NCBI GenBank assembly: GCA_038087875.1 | Contig: CM075988.1 | Location: 20,212,001 to 20,276,000, forward strand | Source: Malacoraja senta | Taxonomy: Eukaryota | DNA: 64,000 nucleotides | Direction of reading: 5' to 3' | Shown: positions 47,770 through 62,539 of the stretch, in pieces | How the letters are laid out: each line of letters starts with the position of its first letter | Position numbering within the stretch: the stretch's first letter is position 1 | The notes under the pieces: generated by a model | The model's input: only the letters and a program-made list of their open reading frames with translations | Told to the model about the DNA's origin: nothing | The model's database searches: none | Program-made: the position numbers and the translations under genes

Positions 47770-48020
47770 TGCTGGCCATGTAGAGTTTGCATGTTCTCCT
47801 TGTGGTCATGTTGGTTTGCTCCTGGTGTTTGTTTTCTTCCCACATCCCAAAGACGTGTGGATTTATAGGTTATTTGGCCTCTTTAAATTACCATTAGTGT
47901 GTAGGGAGCGGATGCAAAATTGAATAACGTAGAACTAGTGTGAACAGGTCGGCATGAACTTAGTAGGCCAAAATGCTGGTTTCAATGGTGTATCTCTAAA
48001 ATTAGATCTGTATCTCTAAA
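47770..48020 (+). mobile_element. V-SINE fragment
   Basis: gtagagtttgcatgttctcc...cccacatcccaaagacgtg. Confidence 0.7.
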
Positions 48021-48114
48021 ACCACATGCATCCTGCAATGGGGCAACCGGAACTGCACACAATGCTCTGAATGCAACTTAATCAAAGCTGCAACAAGACT
48101 TTCTGCCTTTGGAT

Positions 48115-48430
48115 TTTTGCATGCAGTTCTGGTCACCCGATTGCAGGAAAGATTGCATACAAACATGTGGACACTTTAAAGAGGGTGGAGAGGAGAATGA
48201 CCAGAATGCTGCCTGGATTAGAGGGCTTCAGATACAGGGAGAGGTTGGATAGACTTGGAATGTTTTCTCTTGAACATCGGAGGTTGAGGGCGAACGATAG
48301 AAGTTTATAAAATGATGAGGGGCATAGATAGGGTAGACAGTCAGAACCTTTTTCCCAGGGTGGAAATGTCCAACACTGGAGGGCATAGCTATAAGATTAG
48401 AGGGGGATAGTTTAACAGAGATTTGTGGGG
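48115..48430 (+). mobile_element. CR1 fragment
   Basis: LKRVERRMTRMLPGLEGFRYRERLDRLGMFSLEHRRLR. Confidence 0.8.
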
Positions 48431-49749
48431 CAAGCCCTGAGTGTGTCGGAAGTGAATATGAAAATGGGATAACATGGAACAAGTGGGAAAGGGCAATCGA
48501 TGGTCAGTGTGGACTTAGTGGGTTGAAGGACCTGTTTCCATGCTGTATCTTCCAATCAATCAATTAATCAAAGATTTAAAACTGTGTTTGCTGTTTTATG
48601 GTTTTATATTTGCTCAGTTGACTTCAAGCATATGAACTGAGCAAGTGTCAGATTTTCCACCTTTCTAAGGTAACAAAGCTGCCCAACAGCTTTGGAAATG
48701 CACAATCCCTTTCTAATAGAATGTACTGAGGCGTGACAGATAAAATGCTTTACATGTCCACTGGCGATATTGGGAGGATGTTCATATTGCTTCTTATACT
48801 GAAAGTTTAAGGTGAAAATTGACTGCAGAATCTCTCAGTACAGAAGTCTTGAGAAAACCCAGTCTCAGCTGTAATTAGAATTCAGTCAATATCAAATTGA
48901 ATGAAAATTACTGTACGTAACTTGAACCAAATGTTTGGTAGCAATATTGTCTACTTTGCCAATCTTTATGAGACCAAATGAAATCTGCATTTAATTTTTT
49001 TGTAGCCTTTTTGGCTCCCAGTAGATACAATCAGCACAATGGTGGCATCTCACGGGATTAGACAATGAGGGAAAAAAAGCCTTGCTTTGTAGCTCAGTCT
49101 TGGAAAGCAGTGCAGGATATATTTTTCAAGTGACCCATAGCTCATAAAACATCTTTTTTTAAATCTCATACAAATGAAAAGATCTGGAGCCATTTACTTG
49201 TCACCTTTTTATTGGAAAACCTTTGTATATATTATGTTATAAAAAATGATTCGAAATCGTTTTTGGTATAGTGGACACATTTTCCACATGCTGGATTGCA
49301 TTTAAGCAAGCCAACTAAACCATGAATGATTTTATGTTGCTTTAAATAGTGCATTTCTTGGGGAGACTCTGGCTGCAGGCAACAGATTTTTAGGGTTCCG
49401 TCAAAAAATTTGTAGGAAATGCATACCAAATGTACACTTTCATTGCCAAATTTGATCTAATATTTTGAGTCAAAATCCCAAGTTCCCCACTTTATGTGTA
49501 CCCAACAGCATTAACAAGTATTAAGTCTAGGAATTTGGTCTTTGTTGGTAACTAGGTCCCAGGATAAATCCTGACTCAGTCTATCATAAATCTAGTGTGG
49601 TTTGCATTTGCACTTTAGTCTTGACTATATTTTCTTTTCCTTTCGGACCTCAAAGGTTGCGGATTCCAACAACCTTGAATTCTAGCACTTCTCCAGACCT
49701 TCTATCTCCCTTTACCTTCCTCTGACTACATGTTTCCCACCTGTACCTA

Positions 49750-52535
49750 CCATAGAAAACAGAACAGCACAGGACAGGAACAGGCCAATTTAACTCAACT
49801 CCTCTGCCCGCTCATAATCCATATCCTGCATATTCCATGTGCCTATCTAAAAGCCTCTTAAACACCACTATCCTATCTGCCTCCACCAGCAACCCTGGGA
49901 GCATGTTCCAGGTATTATGTTTTCACCATACCTTCTGATTTTACAATTTTTATATCATCCATAAACTTACTAACCATGCTACCATAATATCCAAATTGTT
50001 AATATAACTAACAGACGACAGTTCTGATCGTTACGGCACACCATTGGTTACAGGTTTCCTGCCTTAAAAACAATCCTCTCCCACCATCTTCTGTGTCCTG
50101 CCTTCAAACCAATTTTCTATCCAGTTGGTTGGTTTGTCCTGGATTCGATGTAATCTAACCTTCCAGACCAGCCTACCATCAGGTACCTTGTCGGACGTCT
50201 TGCTAAAGTCCATGTAGACAATGTTATTTTTGTCACCTCGTCAAAAAACTCAAATAGATGAGACAATTTCCCACTCACAATGCGATGCTGACTATCCCTA
50301 ATCAGTCCTTTCCTTCCCAAGTGCATGTAGTTCCTGTCTCTGAGAATCCCCTCCAGTAACTCACCCACCAGTTATAAGGGTCATTGCTTTTCCTTACAGC
50401 CTTTCTAAATAAAGGCACAACATTCGCCACCCTTCAATCTTCTGGCATCTTGCCTGTGCCTATCTCTAATTGTGCCCACAATTACTTCCCTAACTTCTCA
50501 CAATGTACTTGGACACACTTGATCAGGTCTCGGGGACTTAGCTACCATAATACATTTTAAGATGTTCAACATTGATTTATACCAATGTTGATTTCAAAAG
50601 TATAAATATATAACTAATCAGTAACAGTACAATGATTGTTCAATCTCAACTTTTGATGTTTGACTCATGCTCCCAGACAATGCGAGCCAGTTTCCACATG
50701 TTTTCACTAAAAGTGTTGAAAATCATGTTTCTCTTTATTAATATTCAAAGTTTCCTTGGCCATAATGGCCGAGGTTGATGGTGGAGGAGTGTTTCTCTGA
50801 CTGGAGGATTAGAGTTGGTGTTCCACAAAGATCAGTGCTGGGACCTCTACTGTTTGCGATATTTATGGAAACTTGGATGAAAATGTAGATGGGCTGATTA
50901 GTAAGACATATTAAAATGGTGGATAGTGAAGAAGGTTGCCAAAGAGTTTAGCAGGATATTGATCATTTGGATATAAGACAAAAAAATTGGCTTTAGATGG
51001 AGTTTAAACCAGACAAGTGTGAGGTGTTGCACTTTAGGAAGGCAAATATACAGTCAACGGCAGGACCCCTGAAGTCAGATTTTGTGGTTCAGGTCCATAG
51101 CTTACTAAAAATGGAACAGCTTCCCTATAACCACCAGGCTATTGAACAATACATACTCCAATTGAACTCTGAACTACGAACTGTACTGGTTGCACGAGGG
51201 AGCTCGGACGTTGTTTTGTTCTGAACTATATTGTTTTTTGTTCATTTAATGAACTTATTTGTATTTGTTTGATTGTACTTTCTATAAAGTATTGTGTTTA
51301 CAACTGTTGTGCTGCTGCAAGAATGTCATTGTTCCGTTTCAGTTCATATGACCACTAAACACTTTTGTGTCAGCATTGAGTATAATAGTCAGCAAATCGT
51401 GTTACAGCTGTATAAAACGTTGTTAAGGCTACATTTGGAGTATAGTGTGTAGTTACGGTTGGCTCATTACAAGATGAATGGTGGAGGCTTTCGCGAGGGT
51501 GTTGAAGAAGTTCGCCAGGATTTTACTGGGATTAGAAGATATTGGTTATGAGGAAATGTTGGATAGACAGATTGTTTTCTCTGAAGGCACTGATAGGGTA
51601 GATAGTCAGAGTCTTTTTCCAGGGATGGGAATGTCAAATATTAGAGAGCATAGGTTTAAGGGGAGAGGGGGGGACATGTAAATAAAATGCATGGATAGGT
51701 ATATAGTTAGGAAGGGTTTCAGGGCTTAGTTGGCATAACAAAGATGGACCAAAGGACCTGTTTCTGTGCTGTTTCGAACAAAGAATATACAGCACAGGAA
51801 AAGGCTGTTCAGAGCACTATGTCCGTGCCAAACACAATACCAGGTTAATCCTATCTCCTCTGCCTGCAAGTCATCCATATCCATCCATTCCCTGCATACC
51901 CATGTACCTGTAATAAACCTCTTAAATGCCAATTGTATATCTGCCTCCACCACCACCCCTGAAATTGTGTTCCAGGCATCCACCACTCACTGTGTAAATA
52001 AAACCCGCAGCGCCTTTAAATCTTGCTCCTCTCATCTTAAAGCTATGCCTCTAGACATTTCCACGCTGGGCAAAAAGGATCTGACTGTCTACCCTATTTA
52101 TACCTCATAATTTTATGTACTTCTATCAGATTTATCCCATAGGCTCCGACGCTCCAGAGAAAACAATCTAAGTTTGTCCAACCTTTCCTTATAGCTAATA
52201 CTCTCTAATCCAGACACTATTCTGGTACTGTTCTGCACCCTCACCAAAGCCTCTATATCCTTCCTGTAATGGACCAGTACAGCTTTATGACTGTGCGTGG
52301 TAAATTTTTATTTACACAAACAGTAGGCGCTGGAACACGCTGCCGGGGGTGGGGGCGGGTAGTGAAAGCAGATACGAAAGTGACATTTAAGAGACATTTG
52401 GACAGGCGCATGAACAGGCATGGGATGGAGGGATACTGATTATGTGCAGGTGGATTTGATTAGTTTAGTTTAGCATCATGATTGAAATAAACATGACTGG
52501 TGAACTGAAGGGTCTATTCCTCTGCTGTTCTATAG
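49750..52535. mobile_element. Cluster of nested CR1 fragments in both orientations
   Basis: - strand RT piece 50020-50560 (LLEGILRDR..LIRDSQH). + strand piece 50765-51720 (gttccacaaagatcagtgctgggacc; MEFKPDKCEVLHF). - strand tail 51780-52270. + strand tail 52300-52535. Confidence 0.7.
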
Positions 52536-54059
52536 TGTTAATAATAGAAATATTAGTTGTTTTAGTGTTTCTTGCTGGTAAGTAGTAAAGTTGGTTTCCG
52601 AAAGCTATAATAGTACACTGGCCACGACTAGTGAATGGAAATAATTTTGAGTATTCTCCTGTGGTGCATGTTTTTATCACTTATTCAACTTGTATTACAG
52701 AGTAAGTAATGGATAAAATACTATTGAGCCTAAAGAACATAAAATATATTCCAGATAGAAACTCATTGTGGCAATCAATGAAACCTGCTCTGGGCAAAAT
52801 ATTGAATACACTTGCAATTTAAAACATTATTTTGAAAGGATCAAGTGTCTTTATGATTTAGTTGTTTGTCCTTCATCTTCATTGTGTGCAGCAAATTGAT
52901 TTCAACAGTTCATTATTTCAAGTTAATCATAAAGGTTTGGTATGAAATCTTTGCAATGCATTTTTTGTACTTTGAAAGCTGAAAAGGGGACATTACCGTG
53001 TGTTATGGAAATTCTTCTTACAGATGTATTGATACTCAGCAAGTCAAATAGTCTACCTCCATTCCTCCCTATACCTTTTATTTGTAATGCTAATGCCTGA
53101 TTTCTGACAGGGAAGTTTTGATCTATCAGAGACCATAAGCAAAATGTGTATGGGTGCATTGATTTCTCATCCACCACAGCCTGGTTGACATTGAGAATAA
53201 AGCCAAATTGTGTTAATCCATAAATATTGATGCCAAGGATCAAAGATGCTTCTTTTAAAATCTGCAGTAAAGATAATCTACTGCAAGATAAATAGTCTTT
53301 GATTGTTATGCCTTCACTATAACTGATGTTGACACACTAGCTTACTTACTTCTAATTAATTTCATATTTTCAAGCTCTGCTCCCTCGCTGATTCTCTCCC
53401 TTTCATTGAACCAGATCGATTGAATCCTCGGTCATAATTGACCCTAGCTTGAGCCTCAACTATTTATCTTTGCCATCACAAAGACACTAATATAATACTG
53501 CCTGACTTTGCCTCAACCAAAGGCCAGCTGCGACTGATCCATGCGTTTCCTGCCAAGGTTTGACTGTTCCAATGCCCTGTTCCACTTTCTGTAAATTTAA
53601 GATAATCTAAGACACTGCTGCCTCTGCCCTACTCCAATTCAACCACCATCCATGTGCTTGCTGACCTTATTTGACTCAATGTTAAACAATATGTTAATGT
53701 TAATATTCGCATGTTTGCTTTAAAGTCTCTTTATATATTCTTACCTCTCACTCATTTTGTAATATTTGTCAGTCCTTTATTCTGTTGTCATTTCCAAATG
53801 TGATTGCCATTGATGATTATGTCTTCAGTTACCAGGTCTTACATTCTGGTATTCCCTCCCTCACTTATTATGAAAACATCACGATCAAACTTTGTGGTTT
53901 GTTTCAAATTCATTTATAATGGTCCTGTGACATGCCTCAGGATATTTTGCTGGGTAGAAGGCCCTTTTTAAAGAATTAATATAGTAGATGTGGTTATCAT
54001 TTATTGTCTTGTGAAGATGAGTAGTCAGCTGTCTTCTAGTGACTATAATTTAATAATGC

Positions 54060-54985
54060 TATCAGATAGGAAGTTCCAGCGATGATGAAGGAACCACAAT
54101 ATATTTCCAGGTCAGGTTGGTGTGCTGCTTGGAGAGGTTGTGAATTGCTGATGGTAGTGTTTTAAGGTGCCCACTACCATTGGTAGTAGAGTTAGTCAGT
54201 TTGGTAGGTGCTTTCATTGTGGCCAAAGCACGTATCTTGTGTTTTATAGATGGTGCACAATGTGCTGGTGTAAATGATAATGCTTCCACTCTGGTTTCAA
54301 GATTCAAGAGAGTTTATTGTCATGTGTCCCAAATAGGACAATGAAATTCTTGCTTTGCTTCAGCACAACAGAATATAGTAGGCATAAATAAATACAGAAC
54401 AGAACAGATCAGTGTGACCATATACCAATGAATATATATATATACACATAAATAAACAGATAAAGTGCAATGGGCTATTTAACGATCAGAGTTTTGTTTG
54501 AGTTGAGTTTAATAGCCTGATGGCTGTGGGGAAGCAGCTATTCCTGAATGACTCTGAGCTGGCACATATGATGAAGACGGTGCTTTGTGCTGGTTGAGTG
54601 GTTTATGAGGTGGTGCACTCCTTTCATTTATGTAGGGCTTCTGTGGTGTCAGAGTTCTCAATGCCATCACAAATGATCCTTCTCCACGTTGAGTGGTCAA
54701 GCACAGGGGAATCACAGAGGTCATTTTCTCAAGGAGGTTTTGAACACATCCTTGAATCTTTTCATTTGTCTGTCTGGTATTCCATAACAGGGTTTGGAAT
54801 AGGCCATAAGGTTTGGAAGCCTGGTGTGAATACGTGCTACCTGAAAGAAGGTTGAAAACATCATCCATCATTTTACTCATGACTGAAAGTAAATTGATTG
54901 GGTGGACATTAACCAGATTGGATGTGTCTTGATGTTTGTGAACAGGATGTACCTGGGCAATGTTCCACATTGCTGGGTAGATATC
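54060..54985 (-). mobile_element. Old CR1-group LINE fragments with a nested Rex1-type tail (about 54296-54550)
   Basis: IYPAMWNIAQVHPVHKHQDTSNLVNVHPINLLSVMSKMM in ORF 54509..55189. Confidence 0.55.
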
Positions 54986-57900
54986 AGTGTATAAATAAAT
55001 CAGTAGAAGATGTAGTGGTTTTTCCACATAAATAAATGGTATATGTGTATATAGATTGCGTTCATGTTTAAAGTCATTTAACATTTTTATTGGATTGCAC
55101 CCACTGCCTCCAGGAAGGCGATCCAAATGCCAATTAAATTGGAGTTGGACGTCATTTACAGCAAGTATTTGGCACACGATTCCAGTCACCGTATTGCATT
55201 TTAATCAAAAATACCTAAAGCTTTTATTTGGACTAAAATTGAAATTCAGCTACATTCAAAGAACTGTCAAGATTTCAAACACACCTCTGCCTTCAGTCTA
55301 ACTACCATATGGTGTAAAGCTGCCTTTTGTTCTTAAGCCTTTGAGGGCATTGTGTACAGCGTTCAGAAATAATGATTGTTTCTTTCTATTTTTTTGAGAG
55401 TCCTCAAAGACGAACACATTTCGAGACTCTCTGTGGGTATTGCTGGATTTTTAACATTTCAACTCAGTGCCTGAGGGACGTCTCAAATTCTGCGAAACTA
55501 AAATGTACCACAGTGGGTTAGATTGCTTTTTGCATCTTCTAGATGTCATGTATAACCACAACCTGGGCTCTAGATCTAAGGTGAAGGAACACAGAGGAGC
55601 ACAGTGGCACAATGGCACAATGATTGGCGCTGTTGCCACATGGCACGTCTTTGGAAATTGGGAGAAAACCAGACTGTCAGTTCTGACCGGGTAGTAGCTG
55701 TTCGGAGTTTGCACTTTTTTCCTCTGGCCTTGTGGGTTACCCCAGGTACTCGGGTTTCTTCCCACATTCTTGCCTTCACACCCAAGGTCATGTTACCTGC
55801 AGCTCTGTATTTGGAGCACAACTTCACAATGCTTATCCTGAAAGCTGTTTTGAGAATGTCTCTATTCTTTTATGGTCATGTTGCCTAATTCTTGTTGTAA
55901 CTCTGCAATCATTGCACATTCTCCATTAATAGACATCTGGTCTACTGCATGTGGGATCTGCTGCTTGACTTCTTAATCCCAGAAGCTTCCAACGAGGAGT
56001 TCCAAAAGTCTCTATTGACCTCTGCTTCAGGAAGCTCAGAGAAAATGCTGGGATGAGGTAAGTGGCTGATCTAGCAAATATTCTCATTGGCATTTTGCTT
56101 CTCTGATGTTCTAATGTCAATGCCTGTCATCTGCCTATTTTGACTATCATGAATAAACTAAATCTGCAGATGCTGAAATCTTCAGCAAAACACAAAATAG
56201 CTGGGGGAACTCAGCGGGTTAGGTAGCATCTGTGGATGGAATGGACAGACGATGTTTCAGGTCTATTGTATAATAAATTCCAAATGTCTATTCTAGTTTT
56301 ACTTCACATTAGCAGTTTGGAAGAGGCACATCAACAATTTTTCAGCCATGAACCCATTAGTAGAAAAAACAGTTGTACCTGCAAGCTATGTTATGGTTAC
56401 ATTCCAATTTGTAATCAGATAATTCTTTTCTTGCATATCATTGAAATAAATTTCTTGGCCAACATCTCCAGTTTAAAGGCTATTTAAGTTTAAAACCTGT
56501 GAAATTTGTCCAGAATTGTAAAGTGGTATTTATTTATCAACAACGGAATAAAGTGGGTTTTTTCTGGATTTACTTATAGCTTTTTCTCTCTTGTATAGCC
56601 AAGAACCATCTCCACCCATCAACTGAATACAAGGGAAGTGTATCTCAAGAATATTGCTGGGATGTCGTGAAAAGAGATCAGATAAAGGTCGTTTTGCACA
56701 AGTGGATGCAAGATCAATTCTGAGTCTAAATTCTTTACATTTCAACATTAGTTTCATAGTAAAATGAATGCACTAAATAATGAGCTATTTATTGAAAATG
56801 TAATGCATGTTAGAAATTATCTGGCACTGCGCTCAGCTTTGTTCATCAGAGAAGATCTGGATGGGTTATTTTACACTGTATTGGCCTTCTTCAGTGGATA
56901 GAATGTGTACAGAGAAATCAAGATAATTGTAACGTTTAACGTGCAATACTGTTAAAACTAACACAACTCAAAAAGGTGAGTTTTAAATGTCTTTCATTCA
57001 TCAGATGACAACACCTCGGAGGTAGGTGTATACAGCAGTCTTCTCAATCATTCCTTCTCGCATTTCATCCGCATAAATGACTAAGCTGCTTTATTATGGT
57101 TGTGCTGCCAAGACCAGTCCCCATAAATGCACTAATTTAAAATATTTATTCAAACATTCCTAAAACCAATGCTTTTTCTGCAATGGTACATGCTGGTATA
57201 AAGTACCTCTTCAGAAGTCAAACGTCATTATTTTGTTTTCCAGTCACGTGACACGCATGTTTGTTAATCGTGCGTACTGGCAACTTTTTATCTACAAAAA
57301 GCACTGCCTAAAACAGAAATACTAGCACAATGTGCACTTACTGTTTAGCACTTTTTGGGGTACCAAGTCCATGAAATTCTTCAGAATTATTTTATTTAGA
57401 TTACACAAATGTGGAAGACATTCTCTTTTCATGTTAAATGGGTTTCTGCTGCACCTTTAGCTGGGGAACACATTAAAGGATTTTTTAAAATTACGACCCA
57501 AGCAAAAAGAAAAAAATTTGAAGCTGCAATCCATACTTAGTACAACATGGTGGCTGAGAGCTATTCCTTGTTGTCTGTCACAGTTTGGCCTTGGATAGAA
57601 CAGAAGTCACCAATCTTAGCTTTGTTTTAATCAAGATATAGTTGTTCAGAGGCGACCTATTTAATTGCCACATATTTTTTAATTTGTTGAATCGCTTGAG
57701 CGACGCGCATGTTTGGCCATTGAGAGAAGCTGCAGCATGAGAACCACTGCTTGCAGGTGTGTAACTGATGTGAAATGGCAATGCTGGAAATACTCAGCAG
57801 CACCATTAATGTTTCCATTCAGTGTCCTTTCTCCACAGTCTGACTGCTGAGTGTCTACAGCAGTTAACATTTTTATTATACGTTTTGAGCATTTGCAATG

Positions 57901-59040
57901 TTTCTGTGAATTTGATATTGAATTAGCGGCTTTTAAAAGTATATAAGAAAAATTGTATTTTCAGTCTCAATTATAATTCTGATGTAGGTTAATTATTTAT
58001 CAACCTGTGCTGCAGTTTCCTCATTCCAAGGTTGACATTTGTAAATAATAACTAATACAGAGCAAGATATGCTTCCTGTCAGGATAAAACACAGTGCTGT
58101 AACTATTTGATCTTGTCCCCCTCTTCCATCTGCTGCTATGTCCATCTGCTGTGGTGGTGAATTGTTGGGTGTTGCTTAATGCAAACTGAATTATCTTGAA
58201 AATAGAAAAGGTGCCTCAACCCATTCTGCATTAGATGTTAAACATTATCTTTTGAGCTTGTATGAAAGTCTGTCTTCTGCGGACATAGACTGAAATAAGG
58301 AACAGAATCAAAGCACAAATACAAAGTTGCACCTTCCATTAAATTCTCTGTTAATCATTTTCCTCTACCTAACTGTGCCTGCCATTTTCTTTAGAAATAG
58401 AGCAGACTTTGAGAGTTTTGCTTAATTTAAATGTTATGTTGAATAATCAAACAGTTATGGAGCTAGACTACCAATTCCTGTAAGCTTCTTCTGGGATCTT
58501 AAGCACTTGTGCTAAATCCAGGGGTTTCATGCTTGTAAAGAAACACACATTCCAAATTGTGGAAATTTAGTTCTCTTTCACACTAATTCCCCAATAGACA
58601 CAACTGGGACTCCCATGCACAATAAATCCATGTACCCAAACTCAGGAAATTCAAGTTGACCCAATCTCCCCCAGATTCTCACCTGCTCCCTTTCCTAATT
58701 CCTAGCCTTTCCAGACCTTTTCATCACTCATGCAGAGTCAGATGCAGCCGTAAATTTTCTGAGCTGGAGGATTAATTATTATTAAAAGACTAAATGTCTA
58801 AACCTCTTTCAGGGAACAACCTGTTCTAGCTATTAAGGTGGTACAAGAGTTGTTACTCCTTATATATGTAGTCCCTAAGGCTGATCTCAACAAGAAGTAG
58901 TTTCATATATCAGTGCAGCTAATCATAAGCTTTATATGATTAATGTGAATAGCAGCAAGAGCCAGACATAATTGGATCAAGGGCAGGATTGGCCCAAATA
59001 ATCTGTATTGCTTGTTGCATTCTCTTTCCCGTTCTCAATT

Positions 59041-59656
59041 CAATGGTTCAATGGTTTTTTATTGTCACATGTACCTGGTTACAGTGACATTCCTTTTTAG
59101 CATACAGTTCAGTAAAAATATTATTATACATAGGCACAATTATGCTCAAGTACAAGAGTGTAAGAATAGTAGATTTTGCTGAGGCAGTATACAAGAGTCA
59201 CCACATTATCAGAACCATCTTGTACCCTTCAAGTTCAAAGTAGCTACAAATGATAGTCTTAACTTGGCCATAAAGGCCCAATGTCCTGGTGGCGGCACTG
59301 CAGGGTCGACCTGGCCTGGCTCGGCCCGGCGATTTTGTTGGTGTCCTCCACTGCAACTCCGTGCCTTTGCAGGCCGTTTCCAGTTCATGCATTGGACCAC
59401 TTGGAGCAGCAATCGATTTAATCAAGCCCCAGGCTGCTGCAGGGTCTCCAACGGCCCACCTCACCAACGCATCTATCCGAGCACGTCGTCCGGCAAGCAC
59501 GCCGTCCCTCGTCTCATTCAGCCAGCCTTTGTGTCCCAGGGGTCTCCTGCAGCCGATCTCAGAACACCCAGAGCGCTTCCGAGGGCGGGGGATGTGAGCT
59601 CCCAGCCCTTTCGTCGACAGCACCCCCTTCTTCTGTTTACCGCTGCCACCATCTTG
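59041..59656 (-). mobile_element. GC-rich non-autonomous element with YY1-like head and Rex1-type tail
   Basis: On the - strand: head CAAGATGGTGGCAGCGG, CpG-rich body, core gtggtgactcttgtatactgcc, and tail catgtgacaataaa(ACCATTGA)n. Confidence 0.55.
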
Positions 59657-61964
59657 AAGCAAAGGGTTGCTGTGTTTGTAAAATGAAGAGTGAATGCTCA
59701 ATTGAGTCTTATTGAAGTTTTGTGGGTAAAGGAGTAAAAGGAAGAAATTGACTCGTGCTTGAAAAGAAGATAGACCAGGCTTCAAAGTTGCTTTAAATAG
59801 AATTTAAAAGCTTGATGCTAATGCTGAAGTTCATCTCAGTTAATGAGAAGCTGAAGTACTTTATAGTGGAACCCATTGGCATGATGCAGGTTGAACATAA
59901 TGGAAATCCACACAGGCAGATGCACAAGCTGCTATTTTAAGATTTCTGTTTTTCCAAAGTGACACTTCAGTTAGATGCTACTGTTTTGCATCAGGATATT
60001 ATTGGGTAACTGTGGATATGGTGTATGTTTGCATAAATATGCAGAGCATGTTCAATTATAACTATTCATTGTCTCAAAAGTTAAGTGACTAGTCAGAGTT
60101 CCCCGTTGTAAAACTCAAGCCTGCTGCTTCTAAGAATTGTGAACTTGTTAACTATGAAACATTGTCTCCCACTAGCCTTGGAGTGACGGAGCCAGTTTTA
60201 ACCATTCTCCTAACGTGGGAACCAGTAAGTTACTCACATAATTTACACTCGACCCAATGAAGTTAATTGAAAGGAAAATGGAGCAGAATGCTACACAGGT
60301 GATTACCCGACTGCTGATGATACCATGCAGATGGCAACAGTTAGGATCAGCTGAGATGTGTCTGTACTTTCATGACTTACCCTGAAAATGCATTGCTGTA
60401 TGGAGAACAATGTGGTCAGATTTTGTAATAGAGTTATAGTTTATGATGTATATTGTGCATTAAAGTTCTATAAATAAAGCTTTGAAGATGAGTGTCAGAT
60501 ACTCTGATCAATTTTATTCACAGCCGTTGTCCAACAGCTTCACTGACTCAACACCAGAACGGGTTTCTGGACAAAAGAAATGGTCCATCTCTGAAATGCC
60601 TTCATGTTTCTAAACAACTTCCAAGGAAATGAAGGATCCTGACCCGAATCATCACCTATCCATGTTCTCCATGGAAACCTATACCTTCTTCCCAATGTGA
60701 GTAGTGAAATGAGAGCATGGTCAGGGTGCTGTAGGTCCCCTCAACGGGTGTAGCCAGCAAATGATGATGCTGGCTACATTTTAGAGGTTGCACCTCCTAT
60801 AGATCCCTTTGATGGTGGTGATGTCTGTACCTATGATGGACTGGGCAGTATTCACCACGTTTTGCAATCTCCTTCGTTCCTGGGCTTTCTTCATGATGCA
60901 CCAATGTGGTAGGTCCAGGACAGATCTTCAAATCAATGTATGCACGGGACCTAAAGAGGGGCCATGCAACGTTACAAATGACAGAAGAATTAAAATTTGT
61001 TCAAAATCATTTTATTTGGTCACCATCAAAAGCTTCATGCATGCTGGTGCTAATCCAATGGTAACAGAAAATGCTGCAAACATTTGGGAGATTGGCAGCC
61101 TCTTCAGAAACTGAAACAAGTTTCAACTAGAAGAAAAATAGATAATAGGTTAGTTTTACATTTAAATGGCAAGGAAAGTGGTGAAAAGGCAGGGAGAATA
61201 TCTGATCGGGTGAGGAGAGAGTTGCTATGGGAATCTGAAGAAGGGTCCCAAGCCTGCCCATTCCCTCCACAGATGCTGCCTGACCCGTTGAGTTATTCCA
61301 GCGCTTTATTTCTTTTTTATAAACCAGCATCTACAGTTTCTTGTGTCTCCAAGTAGATGTATTGGATTGAGGCAAATTATATTGCAAAGTCATATCTCAA
61401 CAGCACCTGCAGGATGTAATGACAATGGAGACAGTCAAAGAATGTTCTCAGAGAACACTGAAAAAGAACCATTTACGTTGGTGCGATAAATAATATTTAA
61501 ACATTAATTCAGGTTACTCATTGCTGCCAACTAAATTGTTAAGCATTTTTTTATTACTATGAAGTTATTCTATACATCCTCCTTAGCGTGTAAATATATA
61601 TAAAATTTCTTCCCTCTGAACAATTTTTACTGTTGTAACTCTCCAGAAATTTGCTCGCAATACTGTCCTTTCCATAACCAATTGAAAAGTAAAGGTTTTA
61701 GCACAAATTTGAAAGTTTGGCAATCTGTTTAGCCTTTTCTCTTGTGCAACCGTATATGTACACATTAATTTCACATACGTCAATTGTATTATAACTGGAC
61801 ATGAGAGGGAAGCATTTTATACACACAGGAAAAGTGAAAAGCATATTTCTGTAATGTTATACACTCTTTAATGTCTCCCAAAGGAAACAAAAAAATATGA
61901 GACTACTGGCTCTACAAACATTAAGAAAGCCAACACTCTTGCGGTTTGAATCTGCACACTAGTG

Positions 61965-62190
61965 TAGGGGAGTGCAGTGCTAATGTTACTAAATGAATAA
62001 TCCAGAGGCCAGCACTAATAGACCTGGGAATGTGAGTTCATATCCCAGCATGGCATTTTGTGAATTTGAAATTGATTTAAAATTCAGCAGATAAAATAAA
62101 ACCAGAACCAGTAAAATATTGGTCATGAAGTTTTTCAAACTTGTTTAAAAAAAAGAAAGACATAGTTCATTCATGCCCTTTATAAAAATA
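61965..62190 (+). mobile_element. SacSINE1-like SINE fragment
   Basis: gtgcagtgctaatgttact...taatccagaggcc...gagttcatatcccagcatggca. Confidence 0.5.
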
Positions 62191-62539
62191 TTTCTCATGT
62201 TGGGGGAGTTCAGATAAAGTGGTCAGAACTAGCACAGGGACATCTTGGGTAATGTTAACATTTATACAAAGAGTACTAGAAATTTAGAGCACTCGTCAGC
62301 TGTAGAGCTGCGTATTCATTTTAAAACTAATGCAGATACATACTTTTCTTAGACCACGTTACTGAATGTAATAGACCAAGAAGGGTTGATTAAGCATGGT
62401 CTAAATGAACTGAAGAACGTTCCTTCCTTATCCTGTCTGATTAGCCTGTGTCCTGTTGAACTCCTTTACCCACTGACATATCACTGCCTCAAAATCCTAT
62501 CAGTGATTCGATATGTCACTGGATACTCCAATGAACTTG

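Noticed and set aside
59198-59785. Long ORFs in GC-rich segments (also 2264-2932, 12536-12873, 20418-20846)
   Set aside because: Stop-codon scarcity due to high GC in repeats; there are no protein motifs and no supported splice structure.
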